Positions 47,614 to 57,283 are shown, counted from the stretch's first letter. The stretch: 64,000 nucleotides of DNA from Candidatus Latescibacterota bacterium (GCA_965215195.1 CBDCDC010000002.1:1280001-1344000), one strand, 5' to 3'. The notes: generated from the sequence alone by a model not told the origin. Numbers and translations are program-made.

Positions 47614-47822
47614 CACACTGCAACGACCTCGTCCTTTACCAGATGCAGTCTAAAAGTCCCGGGTACTGAATCTCCATCGAAATGGCACAGCACAGCGTCT
47701 TGAGCCATTAGCTTCAGGTCTTCCCACGAGTCAGCTTGGGTAATGATGTCGCATCCGACTGCCGCGGCATAGTAGCCGCCTTCCTCAGCTTCGTGGACTT
47801 CAAAAACTATTTCGTTTGGCAT
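47613..47822 (-). CDS. Short HicB-like antitoxin
   Basis: EAEEGGYYA..IITQADSWEDLK.MAQDAV.CHF. Confidence 0.8.
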   Translation of the reverse strand: MPNEIVFEVHEAEEGGYYAAAVGCDIITQADSWEDLKLMAQDAVLCHFDGDSVPGTFRLHLVKDEVVAV

Positions 47823-47993
47823 AGTCAAACATCCTCCATTTGCCGGTTATAGCAACATTGGAGAGTACGATGTCAGGAACTTCTGGGCAAGCCTGCCGAG
47901 GGCCGGGGATAGGGCAAGCGCGAAAGAAGTCTTGACGCAAGGGGATCGGTGGCCGACGTTGGAATTTTGCCGTCCCTTTCAAGACGAGGTCCC

Positions 47994-48743
47994 ATGCTGA
48001 TTGCACACCCCAAAGGACACTATCGCTTTCTCCAAGGCATTGACCCCTATTCCTGTGGCGTCGTGGCCGAGCCGGGCTGGGAGCTCGTCCGCGTTGCGCT
48101 CGCCGAGCCGCTGCCTTGGCGAGAGGGCTTTGAGCGCGTGGATGCGCATCTAGCGGCGGAAGGCTGCGACCGCATCGCGCTCTGCGCCATGGAGCTGCGC
48201 TCGCCCGCGCCCTTTACCATGCAGGGGTTCATCGACTTCAACCGCGAGTACTGCGCCGTCCTGCGGGCGTGGGGTTTGTACGCAGGCGAGCTCAATCCGG
48301 TGGCCCGCACCAACGTCGCGCCGGTGTGCGATCCGCCGCCGGTGCCTTCGCTGTATGCCTTTTCCTATGCGGTTCCCAACGACCGAATTGAGCGCAAAAC
48401 CCTGATCGTGGCCGGTGCCGGCGAGTTGCGGGAGGGCCGCCTCGTAGCCGAGGGGATTATCCGCCCGGGCGACACTTCGCCCGCTGCCATGCGCGAGAAG
48501 GCCGCTTATGTGGCGCAGGTCATGGGCGAGCGGCTCGCGGGCCTCGGCGGGACTTGGGACCTGATCGACGCGGTTGACGTGTACACTATCTATCCCCTAG
48601 CGGAAATAGTCGCAGAGATTCTCCTGCCGACGATGGCCGCGGCGCGGCGATGCGGCGTCTGTTGGCACTACGCCCGGCCGCCGGTGGTCGATATCGACTT
48701 TGAGATGGATCTGCACGGCGTGGTGAGGCAGCAGATCGTCTGA
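47994..48743 (+). CDS. CnbZ-like (2-amino-5-chloromuconate deaminase / RidA-related) protein
   Basis: YSCGV.AEPG, ELRSPAPFT, NPVARTNV, RPPV..DFEMD. Confidence 0.65.
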   Translation: MLIAHPKGHYRFLQGIDPYSCGVVAEPGWELVRVALAEPLPWREGFERVDAHLAAEGCDRIALCAMELRSPAPFTMQGFIDFNREYCAVLRAWGLYAGELNPVARTNVAPVCDPPPVPSLYAFSYAVPNDRIERKTLIVAGAGELREGRLVAEGIIRPGDTSPAAMREKAAYVAQVMGERLAGLGGTWDLIDAVDVYTIYPLAEIVAEILLPTMAAARRCGVCWHYARPPVVDIDFEMDLHGVVRQQIV

Positions 48744-48781
48744 TTATTGAAGCCCCTTAGCGCGGGTGAGCGGTCGGGAAT

Positions 48782-48824
48782 AAAAACACCCCCAATGCCT
48801 TGCATGAGCAGCGGGGGTATTTTT
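48782..48824. terminator. Possible bidirectional hairpin terminator
   Basis: aaaaacaccccc...gggggtattttt. Confidence 0.4.
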
Positions 48825-48895
48825 GTCGGGGCGACGCCATTTTTCGTATATTGAGGTTAAGCTGCCTTTATCTCATACCCATGAGGAGGTCTTTT

Positions 48896-49060
48896 ATGAC
48901 TGACGCTGCCAATCCCAACCCGACCCCTTCCCCGGCACCCGACGAGATTCACTGGGGCGTGGCCTATCTGCGGGAGGACATTCAGGACGTGCGCCAAGAG
49001 TGGCTCATTACCACTATGCTGGCGATGACGGGCATCCTCATCGCCGTGATAAAACTCTAA
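48896..49060 (+). CDS. Small membrane-anchored protein (short DUF1640-like)
   Basis: AGGAGGT RBS; YLREDIQDVRQE then WLITTMLAMTGILIAVIKL. Confidence 0.6.
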   Translation: MTDAANPNPTPSPAPDEIHWGVAYLREDIQDVRQEWLITTMLAMTGILIAVIKL

Positions 49061-49114
49061 ACGCGGCCTCCCGGCTCGCCTTCGCCGCCCACGCGCACGA
49101 AGACGAGCCGCTTT

Positions 49115-49822
49115 TTAAGGCCGCCAGTGCAAACATCGCATCTGCCAATCCACGCCAGCCCCGCACAAAGCCGCCGCGTATCCGTCCGCCGGTTCCAAAG
49201 CCACCAACTTCCACCGCCCCCCCTCGTCCGAGCGCAAAAGCGCGGCCTCTGCTCCCAGCGACACCGCAAAGGAGCCGAGGCCAGCGGCTATGCCGTCGCC
49301 CCGCGCCTTGACATAGGCTTCCTTGCGCGTCCAGATGTTGTAAAAAGCCGCTCGTCGCTCCGCGGCCGGTAGCTGCGCCAGCACCTCCTGCTCCTCCAGC
49401 GAAAAGAAGCGTGCGGCGATTTGCTCGTGCGCGACTTGAGGCCGCATCCACTCCACATCGACGCCGACCTCGCGGTTGCGCGCTATCGCATATAGAGCCA
49501 GTTCATGGCTATGGGACACGTTGAAATGCAGCGTCCCCTCCTGCAGAAAGGGCTTGCCGTGCGCGCCGCGCGCAAAAGCCAACGCCCCGGGCGCTTGGCC
49601 GAGATAGCGTCCCAAGAGCCGACGCAGCATGGCCCGCGCCACCCCAAAGCGCCGCTGATGGGTGCCGGTCAGCAAGCCGCGCCCCCGCTCGCGCTCGTCT
49701 GCGCTCAGACAAGCCGCGAGCGCGGCCACCTCGCCGGCCGCGGCCAATTCGACGCACCAGACGTGGATTTCATCGTCGCTGAGCCGCGGCCAGCTCAACG
49801 GGGTTTCCCATGGAATGGTCAT
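49115..49822 (-). CDS. 4'-phosphopantetheinyl transferase (Sfp-type)
   Basis: GKP, FNVSHS, VGVDVE, WTRKEAYVKA. Confidence 0.92.
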   Translation of the reverse strand: MTIPWETPLSWPRLSDDEIHVWCVELAAAGEVAALAACLSADERERGRGLLTGTHQRRFGVARAMLRRLLGRYLGQAPGALAFARGAHGKPFLQEGTLHFNVSHSHELALYAIARNREVGVDVEWMRPQVAHEQIAARFFSLEEQEVLAQLPAAERRAAFYNIWTRKEAYVKARGDGIAAGLGSFAVSLGAEAALLRSDEGGRWKLVALEPADGYAAALCGAGVDWQMRCLHWRP

Positions 49823-49848
49823 ACTTGACGCCGCCGTTTATCGCGCTC

Positions 49849-49901
49849 AAATTACGAATTGCGAATTTGAACAGGTCGCAATTCCCAATTCTCAATTCTC
49901 A
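49849..49901. repeat. Head-to-head heptamer repeats (AATTCGC/AATTCTC type)
   Basis: gaattgcga...tcgcaattcccaattctcaattctc; related tracts at ~41701, 41778, 44291, 45080, 45397. Confidence 0.75.
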
Positions 49902-49915
49902 AAAAGGAGTGCCTC

Positions 49916-52225
49916 ATGGCTGCCTTTTCCAGCAAAGACTATCCCAACTACACGGCCGACGGCAAGTACAAGGTCATCGGCACCCGCCCCATCCGCCACG
50001 ACGGCGTCGATAAGGTCACCGGGGCTGCCGTGTACGGGGCCGACGTGCGCCTGCCGGGCCTGCTCTACGGCAAGGTCCTCCGCAGCCCGCACCCCCACGC
50101 CGAGATCCTCTCGATCGACACCTCCAAGGCCCTCGCGCTCAATGGAGTACGCGCCGTGGCCACGGCCGACGACTTGGTCGAGACCGTAGATAAGCTGTCG
50201 CACATTGGCGAAACAACGGTCAATGTGCGCGAGATCGCCAAAAACTCGCTGGCCTCGGGCAAGGTGCTCTATGCGGGCCACGCGGTCGCGGCCGTCTGCG
50301 CGGTCAGCCCCCACATCGCCGAAGAGGCCCTCGACCTAATCGACGTCGAATACAAGGTTTTGCCGCCAGTCGTGGATATCCGCGAGGCCATGCGCGACGA
50401 CGCCCCGCTCCTCGACGAGGAGCGCACCACCCGCGCCCTCGGCGAGGACACCGGCAAGAAGAGCAATATCGCCTCCCACAATCAGCACGCCATGGGCGAC
50501 CTCGCAGCGGGCTTTGCCGAGGCCGACGTGATCGTGGAAAGCGAATTTCACACGGCCACCATTCACCAAGGCTACATTGAGCCGCACAACACGACCGTCT
50601 GGTGGAAGACGGACGGCAGCGTCACCGTGTGGGTGAGCACACAAGGGCCTTTTGAGATCCGCTCGCAGGTCTCGGAAGTCCTCAACGTGCCGGTCTCCAA
50701 GGTCAAGGTCATCCCCTGCGAGATCGGCGGCGGCTTCGGCGGCAAGTTCCCCACCTATATGGAGCCAGCCGCGGCCATTATGTCGCACAAAACCGGCCAG
50801 CCAGTCAAAATGATCATGAGCCGCAGCGAGGTCTTTCAAGGGACGGGCCCGGCCCCCGGCTCCTATATAAAGGTTAAGATGGGGGCCAAAAACGACGGCA
50901 CCATCACCGCGGCCCACTGCTACATGGCCTACGAGGCCGGGGCCTATCCCGGCTCGGCCGTGGGGGCCGGGGCGTCGTGCATTCTCGCGCCGTACAACAT
51001 CGCCAACGTCACCATTGACGCGTACGACGTGGTCGTCAACAAGCCCAAGTCCTCGGCCTACCGCGCCCCCGGGGCACCCAACGCGGCCTTTGCCTCCGAA
51101 AGCGTCATCGACGAACTGGCCGAGAAGATCGGCATAGATCCGCTGGAGATGCGCTTAAAGAACGCTTCCAAAGAGGGGACGCGCCGCGCCGACGGCACGG
51201 TGTACGGGCAGATCGGCTGCGAGCAAACCGTGCAAGCCGCCAAGGACTCGGACCACTACCACAGCAAGCTCGAAGGCCCCTATCGGGGGCGCGGCGTGGC
51301 TGGTGGCTTTTGGTTCAACGGCGGCGGCATGTCTTCGGCCGCCATAGCCGTCAACGACAACGGCACGATCAATCTCACCGAAGGCTCGGTTGACATCGGC
51401 GGCACTCGCGCCGCCATGGCCATGATCGTCGCCGAGACCTTGGGGCTGCGGGCCGAGGACATCAATCCCTCCATCCCGGACACCAGCTCAATTGGCTTCA
51501 CCGGCGGCACCGGCGGCAGCCGCGTGTGCTATGCCACCGGCCACGCCTGCTACAACGCGGCCGAAGACGTCAAGGCCGAGATGTGCCGACGCGCCGCTCG
51601 GCAGCTAGAGGTGGCCGAGGACGACATTGAGTTCGAGGACGGCAGCTTTGTCTGCAAATCCGATCCCGCTCAGCGGCTCACCTTTGCCGAGGTCGCCGCC
51701 AACCAGGGCAGCACCGGCGGCCCGATCACCGGCAAGGGCACGATCAACGCCGGTGGCCCGGGCAACGCCTTCGCCGTTCACCTCGTCGATGTGGAGGTCG
51801 ATCCAGACACCGGCAAGGTCGAGATTTTGCGCTACACTGCGGTGCAAGACGTGGGCAAGGCCATTCATCCCTCGTATGTCGAGGGTCAGATCCAAGGCGG
51901 GGCCGTGCAGGGCATTGGCTGGGCACTCACCGAGGGCTACTTCTACACGGACGATGGCCAGATGGCCAACCCGACCTTCCTCGACTATCGGATGCCCACC
52001 ACCTTTGACATTCCCTTGATCGAGACGATTTTGGTCGAAGTGCCCAATCCGGCCAGCCCGCACGGGATCCGCGGCGTCGGCGAAGTGCCCTTGGTGCCGC
52101 CGATGGCCGCCATTGCCAACGCCATCTACAACGCCATAGGGTGCCGCTTGGGCGAGTTGCCCATGAGTCCGGACCGGGTCGTCGCCGCCTTGCAGGAGCA
52201 TCCGCTCGCGGAGGCGGCTGGCTGA
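49916..52225 (+). CDS. Xanthine dehydrogenase family molybdopterin-binding subunit
   Basis: KVTG.A.Y, GGGFGGK, AYRAPG, GQIQGG, RGVGE. Confidence 0.93.
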   Translation: MAAFSSKDYPNYTADGKYKVIGTRPIRHDGVDKVTGAAVYGADVRLPGLLYGKVLRSPHPHAEILSIDTSKALALNGVRAVATADDLVETVDKLSHIGETTVNVREIAKNSLASGKVLYAGHAVAAVCAVSPHIAEEALDLIDVEYKVLPPVVDIREAMRDDAPLLDEERTTRALGEDTGKKSNIASHNQHAMGDLAAGFAEADVIVESEFHTATIHQGYIEPHNTTVWWKTDGSVTVWVSTQGPFEIRSQVSEVLNVPVSKVKVIPCEIGGGFGGKFPTYMEPAAAIMSHKTGQPVKMIMSRSEVFQGTGPAPGSYIKVKMGAKNDGTITAAHCYMAYEAGAYPGSAVGAGASCILAPYNIANVTIDAYDVVVNKPKSSAYRAPGAPNAAFASESVIDELAEKIGIDPLEMRLKNASKEGTRRADGTVYGQIGCEQTVQAAKDSDHYHSKLEGPYRGRGVAGGFWFNGGGMSSAAIAVNDNGTINLTEGSVDIGGTRAAMAMIVAETLGLRAEDINPSIPDTSSIGFTGGTGGSRVCYATGHACYNAAEDVKAEMCRRAARQLEVAEDDIEFEDGSFVCKSDPAQRLTFAEVAANQGSTGGPITGKGTINAGGPGNAFAVHLVDVEVDPDTGKVEILRYTAVQDVGKAIHPSYVEGQIQGGAVQGIGWALTEGYFYTDDGQMANPTFLDYRMPTTFDIPLIETILVEVPNPASPHGIRGVGEVPLVPPMAAIANAIYNAIGCRLGELPMSPDRVVAALQEHPLAEAAG

Positions 52226-52476
52226 GGACCCATTGCAGGGCCGCCCACTCGCGCCCGGCTTCCTCGCGAGAGGAACCGGGCGCTTTTACTTTTCGCAGTG
52301 GCTTATATGCAGTGCTCCTGCCGCTGTCTTGGTTCGGCGGAGCGCAGGCGCGTCGTCGCAGCGCGAGCCAACGCCCTTGCGCGGCCGGATTCTGGATTCC
52401 CGCGTGCGCGGCAATGTGGGGAGGCGACCGGAAGCCTCTGACGATAAACGCTGCGTAACGTCCGTTGGTTAGGATT

Positions 52477-53331
52477 ATGGCCGAACACATCGCCCCCGAC
52501 GACTTTATCGACGCGCTGCTCCCGGTCGTCGGCCAGTGCGCCCGCGCCTCCCTGATTTTCTACGGCCAAGTCGCCGACATTGGCAAGGCCGCCGACACGA
52601 GCCTCACCGGCCGCAAGGCGCAGGACGCCTCCACGGCCTTTACGGTCCTCGATGCGGCCGTGCAGGACATCCTCCTCGCGGTTGTGCTAAAGCACTTCCC
52701 GTTTGTGCGCTGCATCGCCGAGGAGCGCACGCCGCTCAAAAAGCACTTTGCCGGCAATGCCTCGCCCTATGCGGTCATCCTCGACCCCATCGACGGCACC
52801 TTGCACTTCAAGCGGGGCGACGCGCCCTATCACATCTCTATAGGGTTGGCCTGCGACGGCCAGATGCTGGCCGCAATTGTCGCACGGCCCTCAGAGGACA
52901 AAGTGTTCACGGCCCTCAAGGGCGAAGGGGCTTGCGTGCGCTTCGGCAACAGCCGCCCCCGTCCCTTGCAACTGCCCGGCGAACCGCGCACGAACAAAGC
53001 CTTCATTTCCTCCAAGGCGCGCCCCTATCAGGCCCTCGCCCGCCCCGCGCTGGACCCGCGCGAAAGCCCCATTGGCGCGGCATTGGTCCTCACCGAGATC
53101 GCCGAGGGTGCGCTATGTGCGTATCTGACGCGCCAAGTCGAAGTCTATGACGTGGGCCCGCCATCGCTGATTGCCGAAGAAGCCGGGGCGCGCTGCTACA
53201 TTGGGGAGCACCGCCGCCCGGTTTATACTCAGCGCCGCAAATTCGGGCATTTCTTGGCGGCCGCTAACGACGAGATCGCCGAACACCTCTTTGCCATCCT
53301 GCGCCGTGTGCGCCGAGGTCAACGACTATGA
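52477..53331 (+). CDS. Inositol monophosphatase family protein
   Basis: AEE, LDPIDGT, YDV...IAEEAG. Confidence 0.82.
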   Translation: MAEHIAPDDFIDALLPVVGQCARASLIFYGQVADIGKAADTSLTGRKAQDASTAFTVLDAAVQDILLAVVLKHFPFVRCIAEERTPLKKHFAGNASPYAVILDPIDGTLHFKRGDAPYHISIGLACDGQMLAAIVARPSEDKVFTALKGEGACVRFGNSRPRPLQLPGEPRTNKAFISSKARPYQALARPALDPRESPIGAALVLTEIAEGALCAYLTRQVEVYDVGPPSLIAEEAGARCYIGEHRRPVYTQRRKFGHFLAAANDEIAEHLFAILRRVRRGQRL

Positions 53332-54233
53332 GCTACGAAATCAAAGACGTCCTGCCGGTCGTCCACATGCCGTACACCGACGACCAAGCCATTGATTACG
53401 CCGTATTGGAAAACGAGGTCGATTACCTCTTCGAGACAGGGGCACACGGGTTTTGCCTCGCCTTGGTATCCGACCTGTTGCGCCTGACGGCTGCCGAGCG
53501 GCTGGCGCTTCCGGCCCGGCTAGTGGAGTTCGCCCGCGGGCGCGGGCCGGTCATCATCGGCGTTGGGGCCGAGGGCACGGCCCAGGCCCGGCTCTACGCT
53601 CGCGCTGCCGAAGACAGCGGTGCCGCGGCCGTCATGGCCATTCCGCCGATTTCCCGCGCCTTGGGCGAGAGCGAGTTGCGCGCCTATTTTGCCGCCCTGC
53701 TCGCCGAGGTCTCCATCCCGGTCATGATCCAAGACGCCAGCTCGTATATCGGCAACCCCATGAGCATTGAATTCCAAGCGTCGCTCTTTTGCGACTACGG
53801 CGACCGCATCCTCTTCAAACCCGAGGCCACTCCCTTAGGGCCTTGCATCTCGGCCCTGCGCGAGCACACCGCCGGCCGGGCCGGCATATTTGAAGGCAGC
53901 GGCGGCTTGCTATTGATCGACTCCTTCCGCCGCGGCATTCGCGGGACCATTCCCGGCGTTGAGCTGCTCGACGGCACGGTGGCCCTGTGGCGCGCCCTCG
54001 CAGCCGGCCACGAAGCGCGTGCGTACCAGATCTACTTCCCCATCTGCGCCCTGTGTACTTTGCAGATCCAAGGAGGCTTGGACGGCTTCATCGTGGTCGA
54101 GCGCTACCTAATGCACAAGCGCGGCCTCTTTCCCAACCAAGTCCACCGCGGCCCCCTGAGCTATTTTTTGGACCGGGAAACCTGCGCCGAAATAGACCGT
54201 CTGTTCGAGCGGTTGCAGGAAGTGCTGCGGTAG
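53328..54233 (+). CDS. Dihydrodipicolinate synthase family lyase
   Basis: TIM-barrel pattern, MAIPP, IQD, FKPE. Confidence 0.8.
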   Translation: MSYEIKDVLPVVHMPYTDDQAIDYAVLENEVDYLFETGAHGFCLALVSDLLRLTAAERLALPARLVEFARGRGPVIIGVGAEGTAQARLYARAAEDSGAAAVMAIPPISRALGESELRAYFAALLAEVSIPVMIQDASSYIGNPMSIEFQASLFCDYGDRILFKPEATPLGPCISALREHTAGRAGIFEGSGGLLLIDSFRRGIRGTIPGVELLDGTVALWRALAAGHEARAYQIYFPICALCTLQIQGGLDGFIVVERYLMHKRGLFPNQVHRGPLSYFLDRETCAEIDRLFERLQEVLR

Positions 54234-54352
54234 ATTTTGGCAGAGAAATAACGTTGCGGAAGGCGAGGTGAGGAGCGATTTTGTACATGAGCATCTAGGC
54301 ACAGACGGGGTTAGTCGTAAAGCAGCGGATTATAGAAAGAGGAGAACAACAG

Positions 54353-55315
54353 ATGTTTGGCTTAGATATCAAAGTAGCGGAAGAATTTGACGGCGAGGAA
54401 CATGTAGTAATTTTTCATGGAGACTGCATGGATTTGCTCAAGTCCATCCCAGATAATTCAATCCAGTTAGTTGTTACATCGCCTCCGTACAACATAGGCA
54501 AGGAATACGAAAAAAGACTTGATATTGAGACCTACGTAAAACAACAAAGAGAAGTAATAAAGGAATGCGTCCGCATTCTCTCCAACTCTGGCAGTATCTG
54601 TTGGCAAGTGGGCAACTACGTAAACAATGGCTCAATTATCCCTCTCGATACCATTCTCTTTCCTATATTTCAAGAGCAAAATCTCGTTATGAGAAATAGG
54701 ATTGTTTGGCACTTTGAACATGGTCTTCACTGTTCGAGAAGATTTTCCGGGCGTTACGAAACAATAAATTGGTTTACAAAAAAAACAAAAAATTACGTCT
54801 TTAATCTCGACCCTGTACGGGTTCCACAGAAATACCCGGCAAAGAAGTATTTTAGAGGCCCCAAAGCTGGACAGTACTCTTGTAATCCATTGGGAAAGAA
54901 TCCGGGCGACATTTGGGACGTGCCAAATGTTAAAAGCAATCACGTAGAAAAAACCCAACATCCTTGCCAGTATCCAGTTGAATTGATTGAGCGCCTTGTT
55001 TTATCAATGACTAATGAGAATGACTGGGTATTCGATCCGTTCCTTGGGACAGGCACCTCCATTATTGCAGCTATAAAAAACGGTCGCCGAGGTGTTGGAG
55101 CAGAGACAGAAGATAAGTACGTCAAGATCGCCCGCGATAGGGTGCAAAGCGCAATAAACGGAACGTTAAAAACAAGACCAATGAATAAACCTAAATACGA
55201 TCCTGCGGCAAAAAAGAATAAATTAGCCGTGTCGCCTTGGGACCAGAAAGAGAGAAAATCCGATCAGTTGACTTTAATAAAAAAAGAAAAGAGGAGCCGC
55301 CGTGAAGATAATTGA
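54353..55315 (+). CDS. N4-cytosine DNA methyltransferase (BglII/BstYI-system-like, beta order)
   Basis: TSPPYN, HPCQYP, DPFLGTGT; AT-rich relative to flanks. Confidence 0.9.
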   Translation: MFGLDIKVAEEFDGEEHVVIFHGDCMDLLKSIPDNSIQLVVTSPPYNIGKEYEKRLDIETYVKQQREVIKECVRILSNSGSICWQVGNYVNNGSIIPLDTILFPIFQEQNLVMRNRIVWHFEHGLHCSRRFSGRYETINWFTKKTKNYVFNLDPVRVPQKYPAKKYFRGPKAGQYSCNPLGKNPGDIWDVPNVKSNHVEKTQHPCQYPVELIERLVLSMTNENDWVFDPFLGTGTSIIAAIKNGRRGVGAETEDKYVKIARDRVQSAINGTLKTRPMNKPKYDPAAKKNKLAVSPWDQKERKSDQLTLIKKEKRSRREDN

Positions 55316-55447
55316 GAAGTACTCTCATCTAAACGGACTTGAATATCTACTCGTTCATCACCCTGACCTTTGGAAAGAAATAGAGGAGGTCGTTGAGCAA
55401 GTGATGTGCCAACGGTTCCTCTGGTCATCATAGGCATAGAGGAGTGA
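55302..55447 (+). pseudogene. BglII/BstYI-family endonuclease with the middle deleted
   Basis: MKIIEKYSHLNGLEYLLVHHPDLWKEIEEVV joined out of frame at ~55404 to VPTVPLVIIGIEE*. Confidence 0.75.
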
Positions 55448-55459
55448 GGAGAAACTGAC

Positions 55460-55729
55460 GTGCCGTATATCAATTACACTCCTAGCGAGATCGAATTGCA
55501 GGGCGAAGCTATTTATGGGCGACAGATACGTGACAAAGTTGAGTTTGCGCACAAAGGCAAGTTTTTAGTTATCGATATCGAAACAGGTGAATACGAAATT
55601 GACGCCGACGATTTGGTAGCTACGAAACGCCTGCTTGTCAAGTATCCCAACGCCGTCGTCTATGGTTTGCGGATCGGATTTCCAACTGCCTATCGAATAG
55701 GCGCATACTTTTCGGTGGAGACGCGATGA
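55460..55729 (+). CDS. Small protein (DUF5678-like partner of aspartic protease)
   Basis: GKFLVIDIETGEYEID..LRIG; ATGA overlap with the next gene. Confidence 0.7.
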   Translation: MPYINYTPSEIELQGEAIYGRQIRDKVEFAHKGKFLVIDIETGEYEIDADDLVATKRLLVKYPNAVVYGLRIGFPTAYRIGAYFSVETR

Positions 55730-56097
55730 TCAACGGAAAAGTTACGGCCAATAGAGAAGCTGTCATCGAATTAGATGTTATTGGATCAAACCAAAAAAGA
55801 GAAAAAATTGAGGCAGTGATAGACACAGGCTTTGATGGCTACCTGACGTTACCGAGCAACTTGAGCAGTCGCCTTGAACTCCAATTAGCTGGAAATCGCC
55901 GTGCAACTCTCGGAGATGGAAATGTAGTAGTACTGGATGCGTGTTTTGCAAAAACATTATGGCATGGACAAGAACGCGAAGTACTCGTTCTGCAATCCGG
56001 TAGTGTACCTTTGGTTGGTATGTCTTTACTTTACGGAAATCGACTGATATTGGATGTCATCAACGACGGCGATGTCGCCATTGAGCCTCTACCATAA
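55726..56097 (+). CDS. Clan AA (retropepsin-like) aspartic protease
   Basis: AVIDTGFDGYL, PLVGMSLL. Confidence 0.85.
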   Translation: MINGKVTANREAVIELDVIGSNQKREKIEAVIDTGFDGYLTLPSNLSSRLELQLAGNRRATLGDGNVVVLDACFAKTLWHGQEREVLVLQSGSVPLVGMSLLYGNRLILDVINDGDVAIEPLP

Positions 56098-56116
56098 ATC
56101 GAGAATCCAACTGCCC

Positions 56117-57283
56117 ATGCTCGACTCAAAGCGCATGCGGGCGGTACAAAGCCCGGTGATTCCGCATGTGGCCGCCCTCATCCGCGACAACCCGGGCACC
56201 ATTTCCCTCGGCCAAGGCGTCGTCCACTACCCGCCGCCACCGCAGGCCATGCAGGCGCTTGCCCGCTTCGGCGGCGCGATTGCCGAACACCACTATCAAG
56301 CCGCCCGCGGCCTGCCCGAACTCAGGGACGAACTGCGCCAAAAACTCGCGTCCGAGAATCAAATTGAGGTGACCAACGACCAAGTCCTGATGGTCACGGC
56401 CGGCTCCAACATGGGCTTTTACCACGCTGTGCTCGCCGTTGCCGACCCGGGCGATGAAATCGTCGTGATGTCGCCCTTTTACTTCAACCACGAAATGGCC
56501 GTGGCCATGGCCAATTGCCGGGCCGTGCTCGTGGCTACAGACGATGCCTATCAGCTCAACCTCGACGCGATTGAGGCCGCGATCACGGGGCGCACCCGCG
56601 CCATTGTCACCATCTCGCCCAACAACCCAACGGGCGCGGTCTATCGGCCCGCGGACGTGGCCGCGGTCAATCGGCTCTGCCGCGAGCGGGGTCTCTACCA
56701 CTTTGCCGACGAGGCGTACGAGTACTTCACCTATGGCGCGGCCCGGCACTTTTCGCCCGGCTCACTGCCCGAAAGCGCCGCGCACACCATCTCGCTCTTT
56801 TCCTTTTCTAAGGCATACGGCCTCGCCAGTTGGCGAGTCGGCTACCTCGTGGCCCCGCGGCACCTGCTAGGCGCACTAGAAAAGATCCAAGACACTGTGC
56901 TCATCTGCCCGCCGGTCATTTCGCAACGCGCCGCGCTCGGCGCACTCGCAGCCGGAGCCGCGTACTGCAAGGAGCATCTAGCGGGTATGGATGCGGTGCG
57001 CCGGCTCTGCCTAGAGCGGCTCGGCGCACTTGGCGAGCGAGTGCAAGTGCCTGCGGCCGAAGGAGCTTTTTATTTATTAGCGCGTCTGCAAACCGATCTC
57101 GACGCCATGGACGTGGTCGCTCGCTTGGTGCGGGAACACAAGGTCGCGGTCATCCCCGGCAATGCCTTCGGACTGAGCGCGGACTGCTATTTGCGCGTGG
57201 CCTACGGTGCCCTGCGCCAAGAGGACGTGGCCGAGGGCATGGATCGCCTCGTCGGGGGCTTGGAGCAAATTCTCTGCGCTTGA
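56117..57283 (+). CDS. PLP-dependent aminotransferase class I/II
   Basis: SLGQG, PNNPTG, DEAYE, SFSKAYGLASWRVGY. Confidence 0.93.
   Translation: MLDSKRMRAVQSPVIPHVAALIRDNPGTISLGQGVVHYPPPPQAMQALARFGGAIAEHHYQAARGLPELRDELRQKLASENQIEVTNDQVLMVTAGSNMGFYHAVLAVADPGDEIVVMSPFYFNHEMAVAMANCRAVLVATDDAYQLNLDAIEAAITGRTRAIVTISPNNPTGAVYRPADVAAVNRLCRERGLYHFADEAYEYFTYGAARHFSPGSLPESAAHTISLFSFSKAYGLASWRVGYLVAPRHLLGALEKIQDTVLICPPVISQRAALGALAAGAAYCKEHLAGMDAVRRLCLERLGALGERVQVPAAEGAFYLLARLQTDLDAMDVVARLVREHKVAVIPGNAFGLSADCYLRVAYGALRQEDVAEGMDRLVGGLEQILCA

Noticed and set aside
49115-49822. PKS/NRPS biosynthetic cluster around the Sfp-type PPTase
   Set aside because: No carrier-protein or synthase genes in the window.
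49916-52225. Aerobic CO dehydrogenase large subunit (coxL)
   Set aside because: The active-site loop is AYRAPG, not AYxCSFR, and no small or medium subunit genes are adjacent.
13079-56097. Integron cassette array explaining the TA/RM cassettes
   Set aside because: No intI, no recurrent attC structure recognised, and the cassettes are dispersed among core genes.
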